A stretch of DNA of 64,000 nucleotides from Piromyces finnis finn (lineage: Eukaryota; Fungi; Neocallimastigomycota). Shown here in pieces: positions 26,457 through 39,425 of this stretch. The position numbers and the translations under genes are program-made. Where the stretch lies: positions 248,001 through 312,000 of the forward strand of contig MCFH01000030.1 in the NCBI GenBank assembly GCA_002104945.1. The letters run 5' to 3'. The notes beneath the pieces were generated by a model. It ran no database searches, had not been told where the DNA came from, and was given only the letters and a program-made list of their open reading frames with translations. Position 1 is the first letter of the stretch. Every line of letters starts with the position of its first letter.

Positions 26457-28107
26457 GTTGATAATTTATTTTATATATGAAAATAAAAACAAATTTAACA
26501 ATTAAAAATAGAAAAAATTATAACTTTACAAAAATAATAAATGAAAAAAAGGTGAAAAAATAAAAAAAAAAAAAAAAAAAAAATTTAAAAAAAACTGATT
26601 TTAAAATTATTAAAATTAAATAAATATTTGTTTATTATAAAACATGATTAATTAGCATATTAATTATAATGCAAGTATAATAATATTAAACTATTATTTT
26701 ATTGTTAAATAATAAAAAATATATATTTTAGAAATTTTTAAAATTTTTAAAGTTAATTTAAATAATATTATTATTTTTGAGTAATATAAACTTTTTTCAC
26801 TTGAAATTATTAATTTTTTTTTTTTTACTTTCATTTATCAATAATAATAATCTATATCATATATTTTCTTATTAATATTCATTATTTTATTAGATAGAAA
26901 ACTATGAAAACACGAAATAAAATATTACATATATTCTTAACATTCTTTAATATATTTATATGTATAATATAAAGTTGAACATTTAAAAAAAATTTAATGT
27001 TTCTTTCATTTATTCTTTTTGTTATTATTATTAACATATACTATTACTATATATGTTAAACATATAAAGAAAAAAAATTAATATATGATTTAACTACGCA
27101 ACTGAAAATTATTTTATTTTTTATTATTTTCAAAAAAAAAAATAAAAAATAAAAAGCAAAAGTAAAAGTAAAAGTAAAAGTAGAAGAAACAACAAATAAT
27201 TGAAATTTTGTATATAAAGTTCATAAATATATGTATACCAACTTTAATTTATTTTATTGAATAGAATTATAATAATAATAATAATAATAAAAAGAATTTA
27301 AAAAGAAAAATTATTAAATATCTTTTATATCTAATACGAATCATATTAAAAATGAAATAAAAATAAATTTGTCTCAATTTCGATATTTATTTAAATAAAA
27401 TATAATAATAATAATAATAATTTTTATGTTGTATTTTCAATATTTTAAATATTCTTGTTTTTTTTTATTTATTTATTTTTAATCTTCATTAAAAATATAA
27501 AAATATAATTTTATTTTTTTGTAGTTACAATTTTATTTTTAATGAATATCTTTATAAACGGACCCTTCACCTTTCACCAATTTTAATAAATTAATTTGAC
27601 ACATAATGCTTATTCTAATATATTAATATGGAATAAAAATATATAATAAATATATTTATAAAAAAAAAACTATTTTAAGCAATTTAAATTTCGACATTTA
27701 TAGTATTTAAAAAATATAATTGTTATAAATACATATAAGTAATACTTATTAAATGATAATATATATTTTTTTTTATTCTTATAAATAAACCAATGAAAAT
27801 AAGAACATATCTATCTTTCTGTTAAAATTATACAAAACGAATCTTTAATATTTTCTTTTAGTAAAAAATTGACATTTTAGAAGAATAATAAGAAATTATA
27901 ATTCATATAAATAATATTCCTCAGATAAAAAATTCAATTTAATTAACATTCAACAAGCTTTTCCAAAATGGAATAATATTAATCATTTATTCTCTATATT
28001 TTATTATTTTATTATTGTAAATAATTTAATTAATTTATTCTTTCTAGGTTAAAAGAATATCAAATTTTCCGCATTTTTATATTAACATTACCAAGATTTT
28101 AATATTC

Positions 28108-28142
<35 letters not shown>

Positions 28143-29105
28143 TTTAAAAAAAAAATAAATAAATTGCATTAACATAATAGTTATTATATGTATTGATTTT
28201 ATTTAGAAATATTATTTTTAATGGAAAAAGAAAATATAGTATCAAATATCTTTATGTTATTAATTTCAACTATGATAATGAAAAATATTTAAAAATATTT
28301 CATTCCATATCAAATACAGTAAATAAAATATGATTAATGTATTAAATTTTAATAAAGTAATGTAAATGTATGATCCACAAAATTCATACATTATTATTAT
28401 ATATTATTTAATAATTTTAAATTCGGTATTTTTTAGTTAAGCCTCATTAATACAAAATATTGAATATTATATCTGTTCACTAAAAAAGAAACTTGTATAT
28501 TAGAAGTAATAATGTATGATCCATACCAATCTAATAATATTATTGGATAAGCTTCAATAATATAAACAATATGAACAAACCAAACTAGAAAATATTGAGT
28601 ATTTTAAAAACTTTTTTTAAAGGTAATATTACTTATTGGAATATAATAAATAAAGTTTATGAAAGTTCTTATAATTTATTATGAAAAAGCTTATATACTT
28701 TAAAGTTATACAAATAAAATCACCTAAAATTACACTTAATTTTGACTTTTTACTTATCCTTTCCGAGGTCACGTGTGGTGCTTCCACAAAGAATTCTTCT
28801 AAAATTGGCAAGGTTCCATCAATATATTAAATTAAATAATAAAAAAAAAAAAAGGAAAATAGATTTTATTTCAAATGTTTTATTTTATTATTCTTTTTTT
28901 AGAAGATAAAATATTATCTTTGTTATTTGAATGATTATTAAATTAACATATTTGAATTTTTTTGATATATGGAGAATTTATTATTAAGACTGTTAATATT
29001 ATTATTTATTTAATATTCTTTTTCTAATCAAAAGTATTTTTATTTTATATTTATTATCTAGAGAGTAAGATCATTAATTATCAATTTATTTAACATGAAA
29101 AAGAT

Positions 29106-32100
29106 TTAAAAATTTTCATTATTTTTTGCTTCTAATTGTTCAACTAACGAATCACATATTTCAACAAGTTCCATATTTTCATTAGTTTTGGTATCATATT
29201 CTTCTTTTAATATTTTATACATTCCTTGTAAGGATTCATTATTTAATTGAGTTTTCCTTATTTTCGCTTCATAAATCGATATTTCTTGATCTCCTCGTTC
29301 TTTTTCTTTATTAATTTCTGAGTGTGCTCTATATTGTTTTTTTTTTTTTTTTTTTTTTTTTTTATTTATAAAAAAAAGGTTTATTAGTTATTCTGATAAA
29401 AAAAAAAAAAAAAGTAATATAAAAGAAAATAATTAATTATTTCTTGTCAATATTAAAGTTATATTTACACTTTTATTTTTGATTCAACATGTTCCAATAA
29501 ACCTTTACATCTCTGATTTGCAAATAATACGTCATTCTGAAGACTATCAATATTATCTTGTAGTATTTTTTTATTCTATTTAAAATGTTATATAATATAA
29601 AATAATTTGAAAATTATAATAATATTTATTAATATTATATTAAATATTAGTATAATCAAATGATATTATATATTATTTGATTATATCTTAATCTTAATAA
29701 TGAACTATTTAGTATTTTTTCATTAATTACCTTTACAAATTGAATGTTTTGTTTATTCATTTGATTATAATGAGATTGGATTTCATTAAAAGCCATTGAC
29801 ATTACTTCAGACTCTCTTTTTAATCTGTTAATTTCATTTACCAAGTGCTCAATTTGAATATTATTTTTCTCTTTTATTTTATTGGTATCATCAATCATTT
29901 GAGTAATGGTAAGTTCATATTCATCAAGGGTATCTTTGATCATTTCCTGTTTGGATAATGATTTATAATAATTTTCTTCAAACTGCATTTTTTTATTTAA
30001 TTCCATTTGTATTTCCTTCTCATACTATCATAAAATAAAATTATATATTATAATAATATATATATATAGATTTGGGTAATAATAAATAAAACTTATTAAT
30101 CTGTTGAGCTTATACTTTTATATATATATATAATATAAAAATTGTATTTTTACCTTTTTTTGAATTTCTAACTTAATTTGTTCTATATAATCATCTGGTA
30201 TTGATGGTGAATCCTTTTTATCTATATCTTTATCATCTTAAATAATAAAATGAAATAATAGGAGTGAGAAAAAAAAAATTTTTTTTTCTAACTATATATA
30301 ATGTAAATAATTACCCAAATTATCATTTTCGACATATTCAACATCACTACTATCTACTTCTAGATTTGGTTCAAATAAGGTAATAACACTATCACTATTT
30401 CTTTCATCATAGCAATTATCAAAAGAATAACTGCTATCATCTATCTCACTAAATGAAGGATAATTAATACTGAAACTTTTTGGTATACTTTCATGAACGA
30501 AATTACTCTTTGGATATAATGATACATTTGAAGAAGAGGATGAACCATTTTTTATTTCTTCTACTAAATTAGTCGAATTCATTGACAAATTATCTTGATT
30601 GATATTAAAACCATTCTCATTCTTTTTAGGAAATTCTACTTTTTCTTCTTTCGGTATTTTAGCATCATTATTTTCAATTATATCTTCTGATATTATATGA
30701 TTTGTATTTATTTGTAATTCCTCTACATCCTGAGCAATAATTTCTTCATTAATTAATTCTGCTTCTGATATAAAATGCTCATGAGCATTATCATCATTTT
30801 TTATATTATTAATTATATTTATTTCATTTTGCTGTAAATTGGAATTACTTTCTGATTGTTCTGTTTTAATATTTTTTGATATAATATTGTTATCTTGAAT
30901 TTTAAACTCATTATTTTCTTCATTTGATTTTTCCTCTTTATCATTAGATTCTACTAATTTATCATCAATAAGAAAATTTGAATTTACTTCATGGTTATCT
31001 TGTTCATAATTATTTAATTTATTTGATTTATTTTTTTGTATTTCAATATTATCAGATTCTTTATGCCATTCAATATCATGGTTTTCTTCTAACTCTTCAT
31101 ATATATTATCATTTTTTCTTAACAATTCTTTTGATTCATCATTTGTTTTTATAATATTTTCCATGATTTCACTTTTATTATCTTTTAATGTTCCCAATTT
31201 ATTTTTCTTATTAGAAACTATTTCACTATTTTCTAATAGTTTAGATTCATCTTTAATTTGATCATTTAACTGTTCACTCAACTGTTCTAATGATTTTACC
31301 TCTTCCTTTGAATTATTATTATTATTAATAATAATACTATTTAATATTAATGATTCATCATTCTTTTGACTTGATTCGTCAGCAAAATATTCATTATTAT
31401 TTTCAATAACTATATTATGATCATTTTCTAGTTTAAACTGTTGAAATTTTTCTTGTATATCTTCTATTTCTTTTGACTTTTCTAAATCTTTCAATTTATC
31501 GTTATTTTGTTTTAAATGATTGGATTTTTCAGGATTTAATGTATTATTTTCACAGTCATCACTATTAATTCTCTTAATAATAGCACTTTCTTTTGCTTCT
31601 TGTACCTTTTCTAAATTATTATTCTTATTATTGTTTTCTTTTTCTTCTATATAATTATCTATTTTTGTTTCAATATCATCATTAATATTTTTATTTTGTT
31701 TATTTTTTATTTTGGTTGTTTTATCTATATCATAATGTTTTGATAAATATTCATTAAATTCTTTATCGCATTCTGAATAGAAATTGTTGACTATATCTTG
31801 TTCTATAGTTTCAATTTTATCTATCTTTGTTTTAAGGACGTTGATTGAAGAAAAATCATTAACAGTTTTAGAATCATAATCTTTAATTTGATTTATTATT
31901 TCATTATTATTTAATTGCTCTTGCATTTCTTCCTCGTTTATCTGACCATCATTTTGTGGCTCATCCAATAGTCCTTCCTTTATAGGAATATCATCTTCAT
32001 TTAAATGATTAATGTTTTGATATTCAGTATTTAATACTTCAATATTATATTCATTTGTTTTATCCTTTTGAATAATTTCTATAAACTTTTGAAATTCAGT

Positions 32101-33549
32101 ATTTCCGCTTAACTGTTTTGAAATATTATTATTTATGTTTTGTTTTTTGACAGTATTTCTAATTGAATTATCTATATTAAATTGTTTTCTTGAACTTTGT
32201 GAATCTGCTATAATATTTTCATCAATGTTAGATTGGCTTTTATCATATTTTACAGTATTAGGATCAATGCTTATGGTTCCACTATTTATACATTCTATTT
32301 TTTCACTGTTATCATTATTATTAATTACTACTACATTTTGACTTTCATCAAACATTCGTGAATTAGTAGCATCATATTTATCATTTGTAGATGCTATTGA
32401 ATTATCTATAGTTATTATTGGAGTATTTGGAGTTTTTTCATAATCGTTTTTATTACTGTTTTGTATGTCAAGATATTTTTCTTTAATGAAACTAATTCGA
32501 TGACTAATATTATTGGAATTTAAGATATCAAATTCAAAAACAGAGTCTGCACTATCAATACTTTGATTCATTTTATTAATAATGGGATCAGTCATTTCTT
32601 CGGTTAAATCTGAAATTTCTTTTGAAATATAAAAAAAGTTTTTATTACTGTAATTATCAAATCTACCACCTGATAACCTAAATTTATTATCATATATTTC
32701 TCTTTCATTCAAGCTATCAAAATAATTAACTGCAGGTTTAAAATTAGGTGTTTTACTAATTTTGGTATTTAAAATTAAATTTTCTTTAAATATACTGTCA
32801 GTTTCAATATTTGGTTCACTTTTACAGCTATGAATGGAAGGTGATTTTTTATGAAATGATGATATCATTGGTTTTAAATTATTATCACTTTCCAAACCAT
32901 CTAAAAATGATGTTTTATTTATTTTTTTCTTAAATAACAAGTCAATATTATCATTTGGAAGAGCATAATTTGATTTCTCATCATTCTCAATAATTTTTTT
33001 CTTACTATCTATTAATGGATTACTATTATTATTAGATATGATTTTACTATCACTTCCTTTTAAATCAGATAGTATATATTTATCCTTTTTTTGTCTATTT
33101 TTCATATTTTTATTGTCTTTTATATTGTTGATTTGAGAAGATAAAAGAAAATTTTCTGTATTTGAAGTAATATTATTGATTGTAATGTCAAAATCAGAAT
33201 GTTTAAGAGTATTATTTTTTAACGATAGAGTTTCATTTATAAATATGTTATCATTAAAATCTGGTTTTTCATAATTACTTGTATTATTGTTTTCATTACT
33301 GCCATCTTCGTAAGATATTATATAACTATTTTCTGAAATATTTAGTGAATTCATTTTATCTGATAAAAATTTATTTATAAAATCATCATTTTCAAATTTA
33401 AAATTTTCATTTCTATTTGAGATTTCTTGTTTATACCCTACATTGTTATTTGAATTTGTTGATGTTCCAATAATATCGTTTGACCTTTTATTTTTATTGA
33501 ATATACTTTTCAATTTCTTATTATCATTAATTTTAATATTTTTCTCCAT
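29106..33549 (-). CDS. TACC-domain (transforming acidic coiled-coil) protein with very long N/E/K-rich disordered first exon
   Basis: Exon 1 33549->30315 (GTAATT donor); further exons near 30155-30240, 30090-30110, 29660-30030, 29460-29575 and 29106-29335. The C-terminus KTNENMELVEICDSLVEQLE matches the TACC C-terminal signature (cf. ENEELTKICDELI), preceded by a coiled coil. Confidence 0.75.
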
Positions 33550-35038
33550 GTTTTCTTTGAATAATATATGTTATATTATGAATGATAAAATATATATGTT
33601 TTAAAATATTTAATCTAAATTTCAATAGATTTAATATATATATTTATGAATAAAATGAATTTGATAATATGATATATGATATTTACATAAATAAATAATA
33701 TTATCATTAATTAAGATTAAATAAATAATAATGAATAAAAATATTTCCTTTTAAATATAAAAAGATATGAGTTTTAAGAAATAAATTAATCAATTAATTT
33801 GAAATCTATTTCCAATAGATAATTAATTTGTATTTTAAAATACAACTTGAAATATAAGTTTTATTTATTTGTTTTTTCCTTTTTTATATTGAAAATTTAA
33901 TAAATTATTTTCCTCTTATCATTGACCTTTTTATTTAAAATTTCATTACTGATTCTTCTTCATCTAAATTATATATTTTTATAAATTTGAAATCTATTAT
34001 ATGCTATATTTTTTTAATAAAGTAATTTTAATTTATAATCTTGCAATTTTTGGTTAAAAAAAAAAAAATTTTTTTTAAATTTTGAATTTTATTATTTAAA
34101 TAAAATTTTATAAATATTGAATTATTTTAATATAAAAAATAAAAAAATATATATTTTTTTTAAATTTATTAAACTATTTAATAAAAAGTTAAAGTTTATG
34201 CATTATAAAAATAAAAATATTTGACACTTTTAAATTGTTGCATTTTTATAATAACTTTAATAATATTTATTATATTGTTATGTTTTCTGAGCTATCGTTA
34301 AAAATAACACCTTTAAATAATAGTCTATTCAATTTTTGAAACATATTTTAGAAAAAGCCACAGTCATTCTTTTTATAATATCATTATCTATTAAATTAAT
34401 TTTTAAATATATATTTAATAAATTAAGATAATAAATAATTAAATCATTAAATAATTAATATTTCTGTTTTTTAATATAACCAATTTTATTTTATAATATT
34501 TTTTTATGTAGCTATTTACAATTATATTTCAAATAATTATATAGTTCTATCATTAAAAGTTTTAAAGTAAATAAATTATTAGAATAACAAAAGTAATAAT
34601 AATAAGAGTAATATAACAATGATTATTGTTTATTTTATTTTTCGTAAATGTCTAAAAATACATTTTTATCATCATAAAATTTTTAATTTATTTTTAATAT
34701 TTTTTTGATGTTTTTTTTATTTTTTAATTTATAATGTATTTTTATGTTAAAACTTAATCCAGTAGATATTAATATTCATCTTTAAAGAAAGGTCTTATTA
34801 AAAAATAGTGTTAAAATATTATATATTTTATCATATCTAATCTTTTTTTATATTAATAATTGTTTATTTATTTAATATAATTCATTTATCCAATAATATA
34901 TTAATTGATTTTAATTATAAATTGATTACTATTAAATATTAAATAATAATTATATTGATATATTTATTTTATTTATCTTATACCTTACATTTATATACAT
35001 TATTTAACATTATTTAATAATGTACATTATAAATTTAT

Positions 35039-35212
35039 TGTATTTTTTTTATATTAGTATATATTATCAAAATTATTATTTATAATGTAATTTTTTTCTA
35101 GAAAAAAAGAACATATACATAATTATTTATATGTATTTTTTTATATTAGTATATATTATCAAAATTATTATTATTTATAATGTTCTTTTTTTCTAGAAAA
35201 AAAGAATATATA
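35039..35212. repeat. ~92-bp tandem duplication, each copy containing a T7-CTAG-A7 palindrome
   Basis: TATATTAGTATATATTATCAAAATTATTA...TTTTTTTCTAGAAAAAAAGAA occurs at ~35039-35120 and ~35131-35212; the second copy has a perfect 24-bp palindrome at 35183-35206. Confidence 0.85.
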
Positions 35213-35957
35213 TATACATATATATATATTTATTTATATATATAATTCATTTTCATTTATATAGAAATTTTTTTATCAAAGTATTTTAATTGAATATACT
35301 ATTTAATATTTTTGCCTCTTTATTTAATTTTGTTACTATTCAAACTACAATTAAATTTATAATAAATGAGTAATCTTAGTTTTTAATTATATTATTTTAA
35401 TAATAGAAATATTTGTTATATAATATCATATCATAATGGCATCAATAAGGATACAATTATTTATAAATTCCAATATATATTTTATATAGTAATGAATATT
35501 ATATTATTGATTTTCATAAATTACATTTAAATTTGGTAAGCAAAATTGTGAAGTAGTATGTTATAAATGTGTAATATATATAGCTAAATGGAATGAATTA
35601 TAGAATTTAATATGATATATCATATTTTTATTTCAAGTTACTTTTAAATATGCTATTTTCTTTAATCTATAATATTATTAACACTCTAATATTATAATAT
35701 TATTCATATAAAACGATAAATTTTAAAAATTAATTACTTTCAAATCATTTCTTATTTCTTAGTTTAATATCTATATAAATTTGTATAAATTAAAATTAAA
35801 TATTAATCCATGTGAAGTAACTAAATATTTTTTCATTTATTTATATAAAAATAATTAAAATTAAATTAAATTATATATTAAGAATTTCAAACCATTAAAC
35901 AAGTATTTATTAAATTATTAAAATGTGATAGGAGAATATTTTATTTAACATATTTAT

Positions 35958-36174
35958 TATTAAGAGTTGTTTAATTTAGGTTTATAATTATGTCAACTTT
36001 ATTAATATATTTTATGATAAAGAACTACTTGCGTTACATTCTTCTCAAACTACATGTATTTATACATTTACATTGTGGCTTAAACATATAATCAAATACA
36101 ATATATACAAATACGTTTTAATACATTTCAATACATTTGAATACATGTGACATAACGTTTCACATATTCTAACA
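35958..36174 (-). repeat. 3' LTR (217 bp)
   Basis: Minus strand 5'-TGTTAGAATATG...CAACTCTTAATA-3'; no differences from 40342-40558 found by eye. Confidence 0.95.
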
Positions 36175-36186
36175 TTCCCCCTCAAA
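36175..36186 (-). promoter_or_regulatory. Polypurine tract (TTTGAGGGGGAA) abutting the 3' LTR
   Basis: Plus strand TTCCCCCTCAAA immediately follows the LTR; typical copia PPT. Confidence 0.9.
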
Positions 36187-36548
36187 CCTAATTTTCTACT
36201 AAGTAAAATTTGGTTTGCTGGTGAATATGTGCATTTTATTATTTCTAAACTATTAACTATAAACTAAATCTAATGTTTAAAATTTTTATATTTCATTAAC
36301 TGGAATTTAAAATATTTCACATATATTATTCACTAATTGCTTTAAAGAATTTAAATATTACCCTATAACTTCGTTTTTATGGATAAACTGAAAACCTTTG
36401 TATAATTGGGTAGTATTAAAGTTTAAAATTTGGATTGGATATTCATAAATTGTTATACCATCCATTAAGGATTGAAAACCCTTCCGGTTTTACATTATCC
36501 TATAAACTATTTTTGGTAATCTCTCTGAGATTTACACAGAATTATAGA

Positions 36549-36743
36549 CAACACATGGTTTATCTCTTTGATTTTACGTCCTTATGACAACGCATGGTTT
36601 ACCTCTTTGGTTTTACGTTTTCTTAACAACTCATGGTTAACCTTTGATTTTACGTCCTTATGACAACACCTATGGATAACTCTTTTTGGTTTTACGTTCT
36701 CTTAACAACCTATGGATAACTCTCTGGTTTTATGTCCTTATAA
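36549..36743. repeat. Five degenerate 37-42-bp tandem units inside the LTR element
   Basis: Units begin CAAC(A/G/T)CATGG or CAAC(AC)CTATGG and end alternately CGTCCTTATGA and CGTT(T/C)TCTTAA. Confidence 0.85.
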
Positions 36744-37129
36744 TTACAATTTTCTTTAGAATATTAGCATAATTGTATTTCAATCTATTTGTAAATACTA
36801 ATTAATAATGGTAAAATTTTAATTAAATTCTTAATAGTTATTTAGTTTATGTATATTGAATTTTAACATTTTCTTTTAGGTGTTTTTCCTTCCTTTTATG
36901 CCTTTTGTATTGATTAATTATTCTTATAATATTTAAGAATATTTTACTTTGTATTTGAAATTTTGTTCTTTTCATTTTTACATATTGAATCTTATAAATT
37001 TTTACAATTTGAATTTCAATTCATTCTATTTATTAAGCCTTAGTTTCTATGCAATGTTTTAGTTATTTCCAATGTTTAACTAGAAACAAAAATTATTATC
37101 TTGAATTTTAAATTTCGTATATTCACTAC

Positions 37130-37141
37130 TTCCCCCTCAAA
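37130..37141 (-). promoter_or_regulatory. Second, internal copy of the polypurine tract
   Basis: Exact TTCCCCCTCAAA, 955 bp from the terminal PPT. Confidence 0.75.
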
Positions 37142-37559
37142 TCTAGATGTTTAGTAATAAATACTAAGATTTGAAAAAGAGAAATTTAAATTTCATAAAA
37201 TTTCATTCATTTTGCATCAAATTTTCATAATAATGAATAATTTTCCATAACATATATGATAAGTATTAATACCTATATAAATAATAAATAACATATTCTA
37301 ATGTTTTCATTCATTTTTCTCAATTGCCTATCCTTTAAAATATAGTGAAATAATATTTTCATGATAATATATTTTAATGTAGTGATAATCATAGAATATC
37401 AAACTAATGAATAAAATATTCCTCAATTATGTATTTCTTTACTTCAAATTAAAATAATTAGATATACCAGTAAAATTATAACAAGTTAATATTGTAAGAT
37501 AATGACATTTAAAATATCGATTGTTGAAGAGAATAAAGTTCTTCTAAATTATATCGAAG

Positions 37560-37800
37560 TCGGCTCGGTTAATTAGAATGTCAGCTAATTGGTCGGCGAT
37601 CACTCACTACGTTGAAAGTGGCGATTTATATATGAGGTTACTAAATCACCATAAATTATATTTTAAAACGGCGTCACAACATTCTTGAATGTTGGTAATA
37701 AATAAATATGATGAATCAATGTCATCTAAATCTAAGGAGCCCTTACTATGAAGGTGCTACATTGTTATTGATGGGACCAAATTAAATATATATAGGTCTA
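37560..37800 (-). pseudogene. Copia-type RNase H remnant
   Basis: Broken frames give IDSSYLFI, IYGDLVTSYIN and ADQLADIL, in the order of the copia RNase H motifs HIDIRYHFI, GDIxVxYI and DQLADILTK. Short, degraded matches. Confidence 0.45.
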
Positions 37801-38689
37801 AAACCATCATTAATAATTATCTATGAATATAACTCATTTCACGCTAAGTTAAATCATGATAAGTTGATAAAATATTATTGAATATACCCATTTCACGCTA
37901 AGCATTTCTAACTTTAATAAATTACCTCATTTGAAATATTTGCTATGTATATTAGCAATAACAGCCTACGGGATGAGCATTTGACCAGTAATATATTTGC
38001 TTTATAGGTAGCAATAATTTAAATAATGCTTTTGAGGCTAAATATTATCTTAAAGTATTGTTATAATGATTTAATTCAAAGAGTAGTATACTGGATTAAA
38101 TTATATAATACTGATTTGAGTGAAATTATCATAAAGAAATTGATTGACATTTTCACAAGGATAGTTTCAATGTTCATTGCATAATTTCATTACAATAGGG
38201 TATTTTATACAAACTTATCAAATAATGTTTAATTATTCTAATTCATGTTTCTAATTGTATAAATTTTATGTATTTTCTTTATGTTCTATCTTTCCTCTAT
38301 GGCGGAAAGAATATTTTCTCATTGAAATAGTAGTAGTTAAAGTATTTGAATATTTCACAAACAATTTATTTACTTGAAATAAATATGTATGCTATGCTTT
38401 CAATAACAATAATGCTATTTTATGAATGTTAATAAAACTAGTTCTTTTGAAAATAAGATGAAATATTGGTAAATATATGTAATTATGTGTTCATGAATAT
38501 TTGTGAATGGATATTTTAATAACTGGATATATGGATATTTAATGTTATTGTATGTAAATTGACATAATGAGTGGATCAATATCAAGTTGAATAATCTTCA
38601 TGCTATATAATAAACTTTATATCTTCCTAAATTATATTTTAACTATTTTCTTGTCAGAAGTGAGTTCTTTGACAAATAAATTTAACAAC

Positions 38690-39425
38690 ATCTATATATG
38701 GTCTTAATAGTTCTGGAACAATTAAAACATTTTCGGTTTGATAGTTTTCGAGAGTACAGCAAAAGGTACGTCCGTTAGCACAAAGAGTACCGTTTAATAA
38801 GTGAACGTAGTTCTTAACATGGGAGTTCATCTTCTTAACACCAAACATGTTACCTAAGTTTCTAGATTGGTAATCAGTATAGTTACGACAACTATCTAAT
38901 TCCTTGTATTCAGGTTGGAATGGAAAATAAGCTTAAAGATCGTGTTTCTTAGTAGCAGCATTGTTTAAGACATCAGAAACAATGGCAATAACGTGATATA
39001 GAAGCTTAAGAGATTGGTAGAAATCTTCAGTAGTACTAATTAATTGTTCTAATTCTTCCCAGCTCTTTTCTGATTGACAAAAATGGATTGCTCAATCTTT
39101 TCGAATTAGTTAATGCTGGAAAAGACCCTAAGTATTTTTTTGCAGTGAGCACCAGCTTTCTTTTTGAAACAAATTGAATAACTAGCATCTCTGGCTAATA
39201 ATTACTTTTCTGGTTCACTGAACCATTTACCACCATAGAAAGTACTGATTGGTTGTTCACTAACATTTTGGTTCTGGATCATCATTAACTTTAGAAACCA
39301 TGTATAATTCTTCATCAATATCAGATAATTGAGCTGTCTTGGTCATAACATCACTCTTCATAAGGAGTGGAATTAAAATCTTTCTGTAACCACGCTTCTT
39401 AAGGAAATATAAACCATATAGGATT
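38690..39425 (-). pseudogene. SES1: Captured, intronless cytosolic seryl-tRNA synthetase catalytic-domain pseudogene
   Basis: Translates across breaks as YGLYFLKKRGY...KTAQLSDIDEELY...SEQPIS...CFKKKAGAH...FEKIEQ...WEELEQLISTTEDFYQSLKL...[37 protein letters not shown]...YVHLLNGTLCANGRTFCCTLENYQTE...VPELLRPY. Collinear with eukaryotic SerRS motifs 2 and 3; at least 3 in-frame stops and 2 frameshifts. Confidence 0.95.

Noticed and set aside
36549-36743. Repeat array considered as CRISPR
   Set aside because: Units are contiguous and degenerate with no unique spacers, inside a eukaryotic retroelement, with no cas genes.
38654-38848. 64-aa ORF as a functional small protein
   Set aside because: It is the last open segment of the disrupted SerRS pseudogene.
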